A stretch of 64,000 nt of DNA, taken from the NCBI GenBank assembly GCA_045863295.1, contig BTWA01000002.1, positions 32,001-96,000 of the forward strand, read 5' to 3'. This DNA comes from Candidatus Hydrogenedentota bacterium (lineage in GTDB: Bacteria; Hydrogenedentota; Hydrogenedentia; Hydrogenedentales; SLHB01). The notes beneath the pieces were generated by a model that saw only the letters and a program-made list of their open reading frames with translations, was not told the origin of the DNA and did not search any database. Position numbers and translations under genes: made by a program. Shown here one piece after another: positions 49,636-59,615 of this stretch (position 1 is its first letter; every line of letters begins with the position of its first letter).

Positions 49636-52533
49636 TTACAACTCCAAATCGACCGCGGTTTCCGCATTCCCGGCCACTTCGGCTTGCCGCGAAGCGGTCA
49701 AGGGCGGCGTGCCGTCGTCGCTCAGTTGGACCGTCGTGCTGACTGTGTAGAGGCCCGGCGCGAGATTGGCGAAGACATACCCGCGCCGCGGATTCGTGAT
49801 CGCCGATTGGCTCGTTCCACCATCACCAGACAGGACCACTGTCGCGCCGATTACTTCCTGGCCGTCCATGAGCACCCTGCCCGTAATGCTGCCCACCGCA
49901 TTCAACACGATCCGCACCTGTTGCGTGGCATTCGCGCGCGGCGTCGTTTGGGCGGTCCCATAGCCATGGTCCGCATGCCGGGCGGACAGAATCAGCGGAC
50001 GATCGGGAATCACCCCGTGGATGGTGAACGCGCCGCCGCTATCGGTTTGCGCGGCCACGTTTCCCTCCGATCCGGATGCGCCGCCTTTGAATACGTGCGC
50101 ACCGCTCACGCCCTGCCCGCGCGCATCCACCACGATGCCCGCGACCGATGAATCGCCTGGCTTCAGCGTGACCACGATTTCGCCGGACCCGGCGGACCCA
50201 ACGCGCACGTTGTCCACCTGTTCCGGCAAATAGCCTTCGGCTTCCACTTCGAGCGTGTACCGCCCCTGGTTCAGCGGGAAATCGAACCGGCCCTCGGGAT
50301 GGCTCACCGGGATAACGCGCGGCTGCACCGGCATGTCCGCAATCAACATCGTTGTGATCCGGAACTGCGTCACTGGCTGCTGCGCCGCATCCACCACCCG
50401 GCCAGTCAGTGATGCGCCAGACTTCTTCAGCCGCAAAACGACACCGGTCGTTCCCGCCGCAACCTGCTCCATGCCCATGGGGTCGTAGCCTTGAAGGGCT
50501 GGGATGAGTGTGTAGGTGCCCTCTTCCAGGTTTCGAAAGGCGAATGTTCCGTCGGCGTGGGCTTTTCGATTGCCGCCGGGGTTCATAATCACCGAGGCCT
50601 CCAGCGGTTGGCCCGTGTCATCTTCCACCCGGCCTTCGATGCTTAAAGTGGCATCGCCTTCATATACAAGGCGTACGCCTCCAAGCGTCTGGCCCGCTGT
50701 CACGGTATATGTGCCTATAGGCCGGAGCGGATTTCGGCCTATCTTTATCGCAAGTTGATAATCGCCCGCAGGGAGATCCAATAGAAAGAATTCGCCCTTG
50801 AGGTCGGATTCTGCTCGGTAGGGATAGGACTTACCCTCGGGTAGCGGCATGGCAAGTACTTCTGCCCGGATCGGTTGTCCTGTCTGGTCAACCACAATGC
50901 CCGTAATCGTTCCGACGATTCCGTCTGTCGCTGTATTAAGGACCAGATTAAGGTCTTGCACGCCTTCCTCGGGTACCACTAGCGATCCCACAACCTGATT
51001 CCGGATTCTGTCTGTCTTTGCCTTAATTTGCAGATCCATGCCAACGGGCACACTCGTAAACGCGAATTGTCCAGCCTCGCCGGTGAGCGTCTGATTGGAT
51101 CGGCCCTGTTCATCACCGATGGTCTCAAGAGACAACGCTGCGCCAGCCACCGCAATACCCTCTTGGTCGACAAGCGTTCCGATAACGCGTACGCCAAGAT
51201 CCAATTTGAAATCGATTCCCCGAATTTCGTCGTCAGGGGCCACTTGCACTTCGGTAGGCCTTGGAGGAAGTGTCGTTGAGTAAACTCCGGGGACGTGGTC
51301 CTCCGGGTATACGTCGTAAATGGCTGGCGAAAGACCTTCCACCAAATACTCGCCCGATTCGTTCGTAGCGGCACGGCGCTCTGGCGAATGGGCTGGCGCA
51401 GGCCCCATCGCCGCCATGCCTCGGCCACGGGATGGCCGAGCAATGACCTCAACACGTTCTATGCCTTCGCCCGTCTGCGAATCAATGACCCTTCCCGCAA
51501 TTGATCCGCCCTTGGAAACCTTCAACGTCACGGGTGGCGCGCCCGGCGATACGTGCACTTCGGGCACCGGCTCCAGAACAACATATTTGTCGTTCCTTAC
51601 TCCGAGTTGATACTGCGCCAAGGCTAAGGCTGGAAACACGAATTCGCCGGACCGGTTGCTTCGCGCAGTTTGCGCGGGCGCGTTTGTATTGGACCGCTTC
51701 GCGGTTACGTTGATGCCCGGCACAGGATCGCCGGTCGATCCATCCACAGTCCGGCCGATAAGGGGATACCCTGGCTCCAGCACGATGTCCAGGTTGTCCG
51801 TGCCCACAGGGACTTGGGCTGTCTCCACAGCGGCATACGATTCCGACGCCGCGTAAAGCGACCAGAGAGTTGGCTCCAGTCCAGCGACGGTGAATGCGCC
51901 GTCTTGCCCCGAAACGGCAATTCGATTCGCCATGCCGGGCGAGGAAACCGTCTCGCCATCGTGCAAAATGGGAATGATTTGAACGCCTTCCACCGGAGTT
52001 CCGTCAATGGCCGACACTTTGCCCGAAATCTGGCCCGCCGGTTCGAGAGTGATCTGGATTCCACGTGCCCTGACTCTCGGCGAAAGCAACGCTGACCGGA
52101 TTCCGTAGTACCCTTCCATACGTGCCGTTGCGACAAACCGCTTCAGAGGCAGCGATTCCAGTCGAAACTGGCCTTCCGTATTTGTGTACGTGGTCAGTTT
52201 TGCATCGGGTTGAATTGAACCGGCTAGAAACGGCGTTTGGGCTTCTCCAAGAGTTACCTCCGCTCCTGCCGCGGGGGTGCCGTCCCTATAGATCACAGTC
52301 CCGTGGATTACGCCTGGGCCGGACTCTTCGACGGGTTCCGGTTCGGGCGGCAGAGGCCACACAACCGGTCTCGCTTCCACGGGTTCGGAAGGTGCTGGCG
52401 CTTCGGCCACGGGATCGGGATACACGGGATCTTCGATGGATTCGTCGTCAGACCCGCGAAGGGCGAAGACCACCGCCAGAATACATGCCAGCAACAAGAA
52501 TCCCAGAATGCCGATCCGGAGTCTCCATTGCAT
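49636..52533 (-). CDS. Large membrane-anchored protein with multiple carboxypeptidase-regulatory-like (transthyretin-like) repeats
   Basis: N-terminal TM anchor and Pro/Glu linker, then about 10 repeats of the form I.G.V.D..G.P..GA.V...T...G.F....L..G.Y. Confidence 0.85.
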   Translation of the reverse strand: MQWRLRIGILGFLLLACILAVVFALRGSDDESIEDPVYPDPVAEAPAPSEPVEARPVVWPLPPEPEPVEESGPGVIHGTVIYRDGTPAAGAEVTLGEAQTPFLAGSIQPDAKLTTYTNTEGQFRLESLPLKRFVATARMEGYYGIRSALLSPRVRARGIQITLEPAGQISGKVSAIDGTPVEGVQIIPILHDGETVSSPGMANRIAVSGQDGAFTVAGLEPTLWSLYAASESYAAVETAQVPVGTDNLDIVLEPGYPLIGRTVDGSTGDPVPGINVTAKRSNTNAPAQTARSNRSGEFVFPALALAQYQLGVRNDKYVVLEPVPEVHVSPGAPPVTLKVSKGGSIAGRVIDSQTGEGIERVEVIARPSRGRGMAAMGPAPAHSPERRAATNESGEYLVEGLSPAIYDVYPEDHVPGVYSTTLPPRPTEVQVAPDDEIRGIDFKLDLGVRVIGTLVDQEGIAVAGAALSLETIGDEQGRSNQTLTGEAGQFAFTSVPVGMDLQIKAKTDRIRNQVVGSLVVPEEGVQDLNLVLNTATDGIVGTITGIVVDQTGQPIRAEVLAMPLPEGKSYPYRAESDLKGEFFLLDLPAGDYQLAIKIGRNPLRPIGTYTVTAGQTLGGVRLVYEGDATLSIEGRVEDDTGQPLEASVIMNPGGNRKAHADGTFAFRNLEEGTYTLIPALQGYDPMGMEQVAAGTTGVVLRLKKSGASLTGRVVDAAQQPVTQFRITTMLIADMPVQPRVIPVSHPEGRFDFPLNQGRYTLEVEAEGYLPEQVDNVRVGSAGSGEIVVTLKPGDSSVAGIVVDARGQGVSGAHVFKGGASGSEGNVAAQTDSGGAFTIHGVIPDRPLILSARHADHGYGTAQTTPRANATQQVRIVLNAVGSITGRVLMDGQEVIGATVVLSGDGGTSQSAITNPRRGYVFANLAPGLYTVSTTVQLSDDGTPPLTASRQAEVAGNAETAVDLEL

Positions 52534-52572
52534 GTGGTTTCTCCCCTCGTATCCGTCGTCACAGTTGGCCTA

Positions 52573-52790
52573 TTTGGAGTGCGGCGGCCGCGACGCCGCT
52601 TTCAATTCTTGCAGACTGCCTTCGAGTTTTGCATGGACTCAGACCCAGCGAAAAAAGACCTTTGCGTATCCAATGCCCTGTTTGCCAAGGGCTGCATTCT
52701 GCCCCGTTGCACCACCCGAGTTGCCTGAAGGTGCACGCGCAAATGCCAAAGCGGCGTCGCCGCGTGTACACTCTGCCGCCGCAGTCCATA
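52573..52790. repeat. REPIN-like inverted REP doublet related to the RAYT-flanking repeats
   Basis: Left arm TTTGGAGT-GCGGCG-GCCGCGA-CGCCGC-TTT (52573-52602). Right arm (52748-52790) reads on the minus strand TATGGACT-GCGGCG-GCAGAGTGTACACGCGGCGA-CGCCGC-TTT. Confidence 0.8.
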
Positions 52791-52796
52791 CAGGAT

Positions 52797-53828
52797 TCAG
52801 AAACCGGGGACCCACTTCCCGTCCCGCAAGTTGAGAGTGGTTGGTTCGATCTGATCGGGACTGTATTTGCGCAACACCAATTGACCCGTGTCCTTGAACT
52901 CCAGGGATTCAAAGTCAAACAGGCTGTCCGGCAGATCGATATTTACTTCCGGTTCCTGGACGTCTATGGTGACAAAGTTCGGGCCATTCTGGAGTTTTAC
53001 ATGATCTGGCATCCAAACCCCATCGGCCACCTGCTTCACCGTTAAGTTCATTTCGTGATGGAGAGACTCTTTCGCATCGCGTTTGAGAAGTTTGGTAACC
53101 AGATGGCCGCGATTCGGATCGACCTCCAGATATGTCGTGTGAAAGAACTCGCCTTCCTTGTTCCTTCTTTTAAGCTCCATTCCGATTCTTGGTCCGTCAC
53201 TGCCGTCCACGGATACAATAGATACCAGTCCATCGCCAGACACAACGTCCTCAATCGTCTCGTCGAGAAACTCGCCTTGATCGGCGAATCCGAACATGAC
53301 AGCGTTCAACTCCCAAATTGTGCCAAAAAGGTCCGAAGCGTCAGAGGCCATCTCGGCGGACGAGTCATGCTCGTAAAGCAGACAAGGACCGGAAAGTCCA
53401 TTTAGGGCCAAAAAGCAAAAGTCATCGTTCAGAATTGCGTAGTTTGTACTGGACATGGATTTGCCCGAACCCGACGTCATTTGCACCGTGCGATCTACTC
53501 GCTGTCTGCCGTCCTCCCAATACCACTGCCCCTCTATCGCATCTTCCCTCATCCCACCCGGAAACATCGCAGCCCCTTGATCGGGTCCGTCAACGCCGAA
53601 TCTCACTGTTTGCGAGATTTTGTATGATCGAATCAAATCGTACGACTCACGGTTCCTACCGGCAATTTCCCTAGCCTGCTTGAGATCGTCTGGGTCTTGT
53701 TGATTGCAGGCCAAGAACAGAGAGGCGGCAAAGACCAACCCAAAGACAGCGCGACATATCCCAGGCACTACTTCGCAGAACCATGGTCGCTTGAATCGCA
53801 TGCTGACACCCGGCATGTTCGATATCAT
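52797..53828 (-). CDS. Hypothetical exported/lipoprotein (possible LolA-like fold)
   Basis: Hydrophobic leader ending FLAC; C-terminal VWMP...EVNIDLPDSLFDF resembles LolA-like/sorting proteins; lower GC; start uncertain. Confidence 0.65.
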   Translation of the reverse strand: MISNMPGVSMRFKRPWFCEVVPGICRAVFGLVFAASLFLACNQQDPDDLKQAREIAGRNRESYDLIRSYKISQTVRFGVDGPDQGAAMFPGGMREDAIEGQWYWEDGRQRVDRTVQMTSGSGKSMSSTNYAILNDDFCFLALNGLSGPCLLYEHDSSAEMASDASDLFGTIWELNAVMFGFADQGEFLDETIEDVVSGDGLVSIVSVDGSDGPRIGMELKRRNKEGEFFHTTYLEVDPNRGHLVTKLLKRDAKESLHHEMNLTVKQVADGVWMPDHVKLQNGPNFVTIDVQEPEVNIDLPDSLFDFESLEFKDTGQLVLRKYSPDQIEPTTLNLRDGKWVPGF

Positions 53829-54160
53829 GGGACATTTCCACGCGTTGTGCGGTTTCGACGGAAGTCTCAGGCGGCAGAAGGGGCCACACGCCAGTCCGCG
53901 ATTAAACTTGTCCGTGCCCTATTCGCCGCCAACAATAAAGTAATTGATAGTATGGCCCGACTCTCTCGGAACGATTCGGATAATACACGCAATACGATTT
54001 CGCTGTCGTTATGCCGGGCGCGTTCGGGAAGACCGGTTATCCGGGATCGGCTGGTGCGGAATTGGCAACTCAGGCACTCCCCACATGCGGGGGGGGCACA
54101 ACTCGTGGTTCATTCGTTACGCGCACGGGCTTCCACCTCGCCTAGAGCACCAGTGAAATA

Positions 54161-54189
54161 ACACTACCCGCGAATGCGTGTCTTGTCAA
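54161..54189 (-). promoter_or_regulatory. Sigma70-type promoter (minus strand) pointing toward 52797..53828
   Basis: Minus strand reads TTGACA (54189-54184), 17 nt, TAGTGT (54166-54161). Confidence 0.6.
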
Positions 54190-54522
54190 GGGGGGACTTC
54201 GAAGCCAAGGACGTGTCCAAGCGCGACGCAGTCTTGCCGAAATCCATTCGTGTATTTGGCCCTATGGAAGATTCCGCGTTTCCACGAATTTCAGGAGGCC
54301 GGCCTGTTAGGCAAAGCATCGCGATTTATGCTATGTATGTAGGGGCGCAAAGGGGCGATCCGGCGCGAAAACGAGCGTTTGGCCGGGTGCTTCCCGTCGC
54401 CAACTTGGGTGGTGGTCGAGGGATTTCCTCGCTGCGAATGCCTTAAACGATTTTGTGGGAGCATTTTACACCGCGCGCGTATTGGGCGCGGCGCGAAATG
54501 CGTGTTAACCGGGAGAAGATCC

Positions 54523-56073
54523 ATGACTTTGTTGAAACGGTTCAGTTTTGCCGTTGCGATTTCGGTCGTGCTTGCGTTTGGGGCGCAGGCCGAACTGTGG
54601 ATGCCGAGCGTATTCACGGATCACATGGTGCTGCAACAGAAGTCGCTCGTGCCGGTGTGGGGCAAGGCGGCGCCGGGCGCGGCGGTGAAGGTGGCGATTG
54701 CCGATCGCGAAGCGAGCGCGACAGCGAACACGCAAGGCCAGTGGCGCGTGAAGATTGGCCCGTTTCCCGCGGGCGGTCCGCACACGTTGACGGTCACCGT
54801 GGGCGAAGAGACGAAGACCATCAACGATGTATTGTTCGGCGAAGTGTGGGTGTGTTCGGGCCAATCGAACATGGTGTGGTGGGTAAACCAAAGCAACGAC
54901 GCGGAAGCGGAGATTGCGGCGGCCAACTATCCGAACATCCGGTTGTACAAAGCGCCCAACGTGACGTCGGATACGCCGAAGGACGACATCGAAGCGGCGT
55001 GGGCCGTGTGCGCGCCCGAAACCGTTCCCGAGTTTTCCGGGGTGGCGTATTATTTCGGCCGAAAGCTTCATCAGGATTTGGGGGTGCCCGTTGGGCTGGT
55101 GTTGAGCGCGTGGGGCGGCACGCCGGCGGAAGCGTGGACCAGCCTGCCGAAGCTTCAGGCCAATGCCGAATTTGAACCGCTGCTGGCGCGTTGGAACGAC
55201 ACGCTGGCCGCTTATCCCGAAGCAAAAGCCAAGTTCGATGAAGCGCTGAAGGCGTGGGAAGCGGAAGCCGAAAAGGCCAAGAGCGAAGGCAAAGAGCCGC
55301 CCGCGAAGCCGCGCGCGCCGATGGGTCCGGACAGTCCGCATCGCCCGGCGAATTTGTACAACGCGATGATCAACCCGCTCATCCCCTACGGCATGCGCGG
55401 CGCGATCTGGTATCAGGGCGAATCGAACGCCAGCCGCGCGTATCAGTACCGCGCGTTGTTTGCCGATATGATCAAGGATTGGCGCGAGCGTTGGGGCCAG
55501 GGCGCGTTTCCGTTTTATTTTGTGCAACTCGCGAATTTCTCGACGAATGCCGACACGCCAGATGGTTCGCCCTGGGCCGAATTGCGCGAAGCCCAGACAA
55601 TGGCGTTAAGCCTGCCGAACACGGGCATGGCGGTCATCACCGATATCGGCGATCCTGCCGACATTCACCCGCGCAACAAGCAGGACGTGGGAAAGCGGCT
55701 GGCCCAATGGGCGCTTCGCTACACGTATGGCCGGGCGGATGTGCCGCCTTCCGGCCCGTTGTACAAGGCCATGAAGGTGTTGGACGGCGGCAAGGTCTCC
55801 CTTGAATTCGATCACGTGTACGGCGGATTGAAGGCGAAGGAGGGTGGCCTGGCCGGATTTACGGTTGCCGGCGAAGACAAGAAGTTTGTCGAGGCGAAGG
55901 CCGAGATTTCCGGCGATACCGTGCATGTGTGGTCGGATCAGGTGGCCCTGCCCGTTGCGGTGCGCTATGCGTGGTCGGACAATCCTCCCGCGACGTTGTA
56001 TAACGGCGCGGACCTGCCGGCATCGCCGTTCCGCACGGATGATTGGCCCGGCGTGACCGTGGAAAACAAGTAA
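54523..56073 (+). CDS. Sialate O-acetylesterase (SASA/SGNH family), secreted
   Basis: Signal peptide; DHMVLQQ, GEVWVCSGQSNM, IWYQGESN, DIHPRNKQDVG and VRYAW. Confidence 0.92.
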   Translation: MTLLKRFSFAVAISVVLAFGAQAELWMPSVFTDHMVLQQKSLVPVWGKAAPGAAVKVAIADREASATANTQGQWRVKIGPFPAGGPHTLTVTVGEETKTINDVLFGEVWVCSGQSNMVWWVNQSNDAEAEIAAANYPNIRLYKAPNVTSDTPKDDIEAAWAVCAPETVPEFSGVAYYFGRKLHQDLGVPVGLVLSAWGGTPAEAWTSLPKLQANAEFEPLLARWNDTLAAYPEAKAKFDEALKAWEAEAEKAKSEGKEPPAKPRAPMGPDSPHRPANLYNAMINPLIPYGMRGAIWYQGESNASRAYQYRALFADMIKDWRERWGQGAFPFYFVQLANFSTNADTPDGSPWAELREAQTMALSLPNTGMAVITDIGDPADIHPRNKQDVGKRLAQWALRYTYGRADVPPSGPLYKAMKVLDGGKVSLEFDHVYGGLKAKEGGLAGFTVAGEDKKFVEAKAEISGDTVHVWSDQVALPVAVRYAWSDNPPATLYNGADLPASPFRTDDWPGVTVENK

Positions 56074-56080
56074 CCGAACC

Positions 56081-56113
56081 GGCCCCGGCGGCACCGTCCG
56101 CCGGGGCCTTTTT
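56081..56113 (+). terminator. Intrinsic terminator
   Basis: 11-bp stem GGCCCCGGCGG/CCGCCGGGGCC followed by TTTTT, 7 nt after the stop codon. Confidence 0.85.
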
Positions 56114-56125
56114 ACAATCAAATAC

Positions 56126-56950
56126 ATGAGTCAACGCGAATACCGGTATCCCAGTCACTTTCGATGGTTGCGAAACGCCATGGCCGCGGTTGCGGTGCTG
56201 GGCGCGTTTTGCACGTTCGACGCATTCACACGCACCGCGTCGGATGACACCGTATACCGGATGCGGTTTGCGCTTGTCTTCGTCTCATGCATCCTGCTGA
56301 CCGCGCTTGCGATCATGGTGTGGCGGTTTCTATCCCGGTTGTCATCGGCGCGCGTGAAGCTCACGGAATCCCGGTTTGAATATAGCGACGCGCGCACGGG
56401 AGCGAACCTGCGCTACGGCGAAATCGGCGTGGTCAAAGCAGCGGGCGGTCCCTACTTCGGCGGTTGGCTCACAGTGCACGGTTCCGGACAACGCGTGCCC
56501 ATTTACCTCGAGTTGGAAGACATCTCCGGCTTTGTATTGGAATTAAAAGAGCGGCTCGACGGCAAGCACCGGCAAGACGCCTACCGCGAGCGCGAACTCT
56601 ACGGATTTCTCCAGTGGGCCAAGTTCACCGAAGTGATGTTGCGCGTCGTGCGCAAGGAGTCGCTGTCCCTCGCGGTTGCCTCGTATGTGGCGGGATTTCT
56701 TGCGTACCTCACGGCTTCCGTGAACGGATCGAACAACCCCGTGTGGTTCCTGTTGGGCGCGCTGTATCCATGGCTGCTCACGGTCCTTTACGCGCTGATT
56801 GTGCGACAGCTTGTCGGCAAGGCTTCGCGCCGGCGCGAGTTCACGGTTTATGAGCCCGACCCAATCAAATTGACGCGATCCTGGCACGCAATCAAGAAGT
56901 GGGGCCTCGTTGTCTTCTTGTTCTGGATTGCGATGCGCTCGCTGCTGTGA
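56126..56950 (+). CDS. Hypothetical membrane protein (TM pair, PH-like soluble segment, further TMs)
   Basis: 274-aa ORF filling the intergenic space, with several hydrophobic helices. Confidence 0.7.
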   Translation: MSQREYRYPSHFRWLRNAMAAVAVLGAFCTFDAFTRTASDDTVYRMRFALVFVSCILLTALAIMVWRFLSRLSSARVKLTESRFEYSDARTGANLRYGEIGVVKAAGGPYFGGWLTVHGSGQRVPIYLELEDISGFVLELKERLDGKHRQDAYRERELYGFLQWAKFTEVMLRVVRKESLSLAVASYVAGFLAYLTASVNGSNNPVWFLLGALYPWLLTVLYALIVRQLVGKASRRREFTVYEPDPIKLTRSWHAIKKWGLVVFLFWIAMRSLL

Positions 56951-57005
56951 CGCTTCCGGACCCGTTTCCGGGTTCGTGACGCTTTGACTACAGGAAAGCC
57001 CGATT

Positions 57006-59582
57006 ATGCCTTCGTTTCACGACGGTCCCGCCTCGCCCTTGTTTGCGCCGCTGCCATTTTCCGGCAATGTCTCGTTTGGCGCTTTGAAAGATTTCGGCGT
57101 GTCGACGCAGATGGCCTCCGCGGCGGAGGAAGCCCCCGGCGGGCGCTGCACCTGTTGGGGGATACCGTTTCAAGTCGGCAAGCCTGTCGTCGCGCGCGAC
57201 GCGTTGCTCCACGTGCCGCTACCGCACACTATGGCCGGCTGGATCGTCTTCATGCACACGGCCGACATCGAGCCGCTCGAATGGAATCGTCATGGATTCA
57301 TCACGGCGTCGCGCGGCATTGGCCGGCTGGCGGAACACGTCGCCGACTACACGATCGAATATGCCGACGGGACCGAAGCGGTGCTGCCCATCAAGCGGCG
57401 GCATCACATTGGCATGGTGCAACGGCCATGGGGCGAGAATTGTTTTGAGGCGGTTCATCACCGCAAGTTTTTCCCGACCGCGCCCACGTTTGCGCCGGAA
57501 TCCCTGCCTCCGTTTGGATCGCGTCCCTACGGTTGGGCCGTCATGCAGACACGATCTCAAATTAACGATTTGATGCCGTGGAACAACTGGTTGTGGGCGT
57601 GGGAGAATCCGCATCCGGAAAAGGCCATCGTGGGGATGCGCGTGCTGCCCCATGCGGGAACCGTGGTGATTTCCGGCATGGCGGCGGGCGAGGTGACACG
57701 CCAGCCGCTGCGCTGGGACACGCGCAAGAAAGCCATACTCAAGGTTCCCGACGGCATACCCTTTGATTACACCTTCGATTCGATGGGGCTGCTCAAACAA
57801 TTGCGGATCGATTTGGGACAGGTCATCTCCGCGTATCCGCGTCCCGTATACCCGGACAAGAAGTGGGCGACGACGTTTAACAACCAATCGCCCGCGTCGT
57901 CGCCGAACGAAGTGATCGTGGAATACACGGCCCACCCCGACGCGCTGTTTCATTTTGCCGACGAAACCACGCTCCGCGTGGCCGATGTTGAGCGGGGCAA
58001 GCGCAAGACATGGATTTCACCCATTGCGCCGGCCACGCAGCGCGTGCGCATTCGCGTCGTCGAAAAGGCGGGCAAGAAGCCGGTGGCCGCCAAGTTGCAC
58101 ATCCACGGAGCGGCCGGTGAGTATCTGGCCCCGCTCGACCGGCATCGCATTCCGAATCCCGGCTGGCTGGAAGATTTCAGTCCTGACTACGTGAACGAGC
58201 GGCGGCATTATTGTTCGTATATCGACGGCGAGACCACCGTCGATCTGCCATTGGGCACGATCTACGTGGAAGTCAGCAAAGGATTTGAAATTCGCCCTGT
58301 CCGCAAGACTGTTGACGTGAAACCCTCCACCCAATCCATCACCTTGACCGTCGACCGCGTGCTGCCCTGGCGCGAACGCGGATGGGTGACCGCCGATACC
58401 CACGTGCATTTTCTGTCGCCGTCCACCGCTTTGCTGGAAGGCGCGGCCGAAGGGGTAAACGTGGTGAATCTGCTCGCCAGCCAATGGGGCGAATTCATGA
58501 CGAACGTTGGAGATTTCGACGGACGCACCACCTTGGGCGAACACGATCAGAACGGAGAATGGCTGGTGCGCGTGGGCACCGAACACCGCCAGCATGTGCT
58601 CGGCCATATCTCCTTGTTGGGCTATGCCGGATCGATGATCACACCGCTGTGCGTGGGCGGGCCCGACGAATCCGCATTGGGCGATGCGGTTAATGTGTTG
58701 ATGGCGGAGTGGGCGCGGCAGTGCCGCGACCAGGGCGGGTTGGTCATCATGCCGCACTTTCCCAATCCGCGTTGCGAGAACGCGGCGAACTTGATCCGTG
58801 GCGACGTGGACGCGATCGAGATGTGTTCGTGGGAGAATCTATACGGCGGCCTCGATCCCTACTCGCTCTCCGACTGGTACCGCTACCTGAATTGCGGCTA
58901 CTTTCTCCCGGCCGTCGGCGGTACCGACAAGATGACGACCGCCACCGCCGTTGGCGCGTTGCGCACATACACCAAATTGCCTGAAGGCACGCCGTTCACC
59001 TACGGCGCCTGGATGGAAGCCGTCAAAGACGGCCACACCTTTGTCACCTACGGCCCCCTGCTGGAGTTCCGCGTGGAAGGGCATCCTTCGGGATCCCGCA
59101 TCGGGTTGAAGCGTACGGGCGGCACGGTGCAAGTCGAATACGAAGCCGCCAGCGTGACCGTGCCCATGACCCGCCTCGATTTGATCGTCAATGGCGAGAT
59201 TCGCGAGAGCAAAGCGGTAACCGGCAAGCAGGCGCGCGGCCACTGGGCCGTGAAAGTGGACAAGAGCGCCTGGATGGCGCTGCTGATTCGGGGCCGGTTT
59301 CCCGGCAAACCGGAGATGATTGCCGCGCATTCGTCGCCCGTCATGGCGGAAGTGGAGGGTTCGCCGTTTTTCGCGGCGGCGGACGCCATGACCATTCTGG
59401 AGCAAATCGAAGGGGCCATCGCCTATCTCGACACCGTGGGAACCCGGGCCGAAACGGCGGCCTACAAGCGCATGCGCCTGACGCTCACGGCCGCGCACCG
59501 CAGGCTGCACAACGAATTGCACCGTCAGGGCCACGACCACCGCCACACGCACGCACACGATCACGCGGATCATCACCGTTGA
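57006..59582 (+). CDS. CehA/McbA family metallohydrolase (PHP-like) with His-rich C-terminus
   Basis: GWVTADTHVH, GHISLLG, MPHFP, WYRYLNCG..AVGGTDKM, GHTFVTYGP and AHSSPV. Confidence 0.85.
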   Translation: MPSFHDGPASPLFAPLPFSGNVSFGALKDFGVSTQMASAAEEAPGGRCTCWGIPFQVGKPVVARDALLHVPLPHTMAGWIVFMHTADIEPLEWNRHGFITASRGIGRLAEHVADYTIEYADGTEAVLPIKRRHHIGMVQRPWGENCFEAVHHRKFFPTAPTFAPESLPPFGSRPYGWAVMQTRSQINDLMPWNNWLWAWENPHPEKAIVGMRVLPHAGTVVISGMAAGEVTRQPLRWDTRKKAILKVPDGIPFDYTFDSMGLLKQLRIDLGQVISAYPRPVYPDKKWATTFNNQSPASSPNEVIVEYTAHPDALFHFADETTLRVADVERGKRKTWISPIAPATQRVRIRVVEKAGKKPVAAKLHIHGAAGEYLAPLDRHRIPNPGWLEDFSPDYVNERRHYCSYIDGETTVDLPLGTIYVEVSKGFEIRPVRKTVDVKPSTQSITLTVDRVLPWRERGWVTADTHVHFLSPSTALLEGAAEGVNVVNLLASQWGEFMTNVGDFDGRTTLGEHDQNGEWLVRVGTEHRQHVLGHISLLGYAGSMITPLCVGGPDESALGDAVNVLMAEWARQCRDQGGLVIMPHFPNPRCENAANLIRGDVDAIEMCSWENLYGGLDPYSLSDWYRYLNCGYFLPAVGGTDKMTTATAVGALRTYTKLPEGTPFTYGAWMEAVKDGHTFVTYGPLLEFRVEGHPSGSRIGLKRTGGTVQVEYEAASVTVPMTRLDLIVNGEIRESKAVTGKQARGHWAVKVDKSAWMALLIRGRFPGKPEMIAAHSSPVMAEVEGSPFFAAADAMTILEQIEGAIAYLDTVGTRAETAAYKRMRLTLTAAHRRLHNELHRQGHDHRHTHAHDHADHHR

Positions 59583-59615
59583 ATCCAAACCGTGCTTCCA
59601 TGGGATGATAAGCGC

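Noticed and set aside
53697..54446. Short ORFs in the 53.8-54.5 kb gap
   Set aside because: They have no motifs, atypical composition and conflicting frames; none can be supported as a gene.
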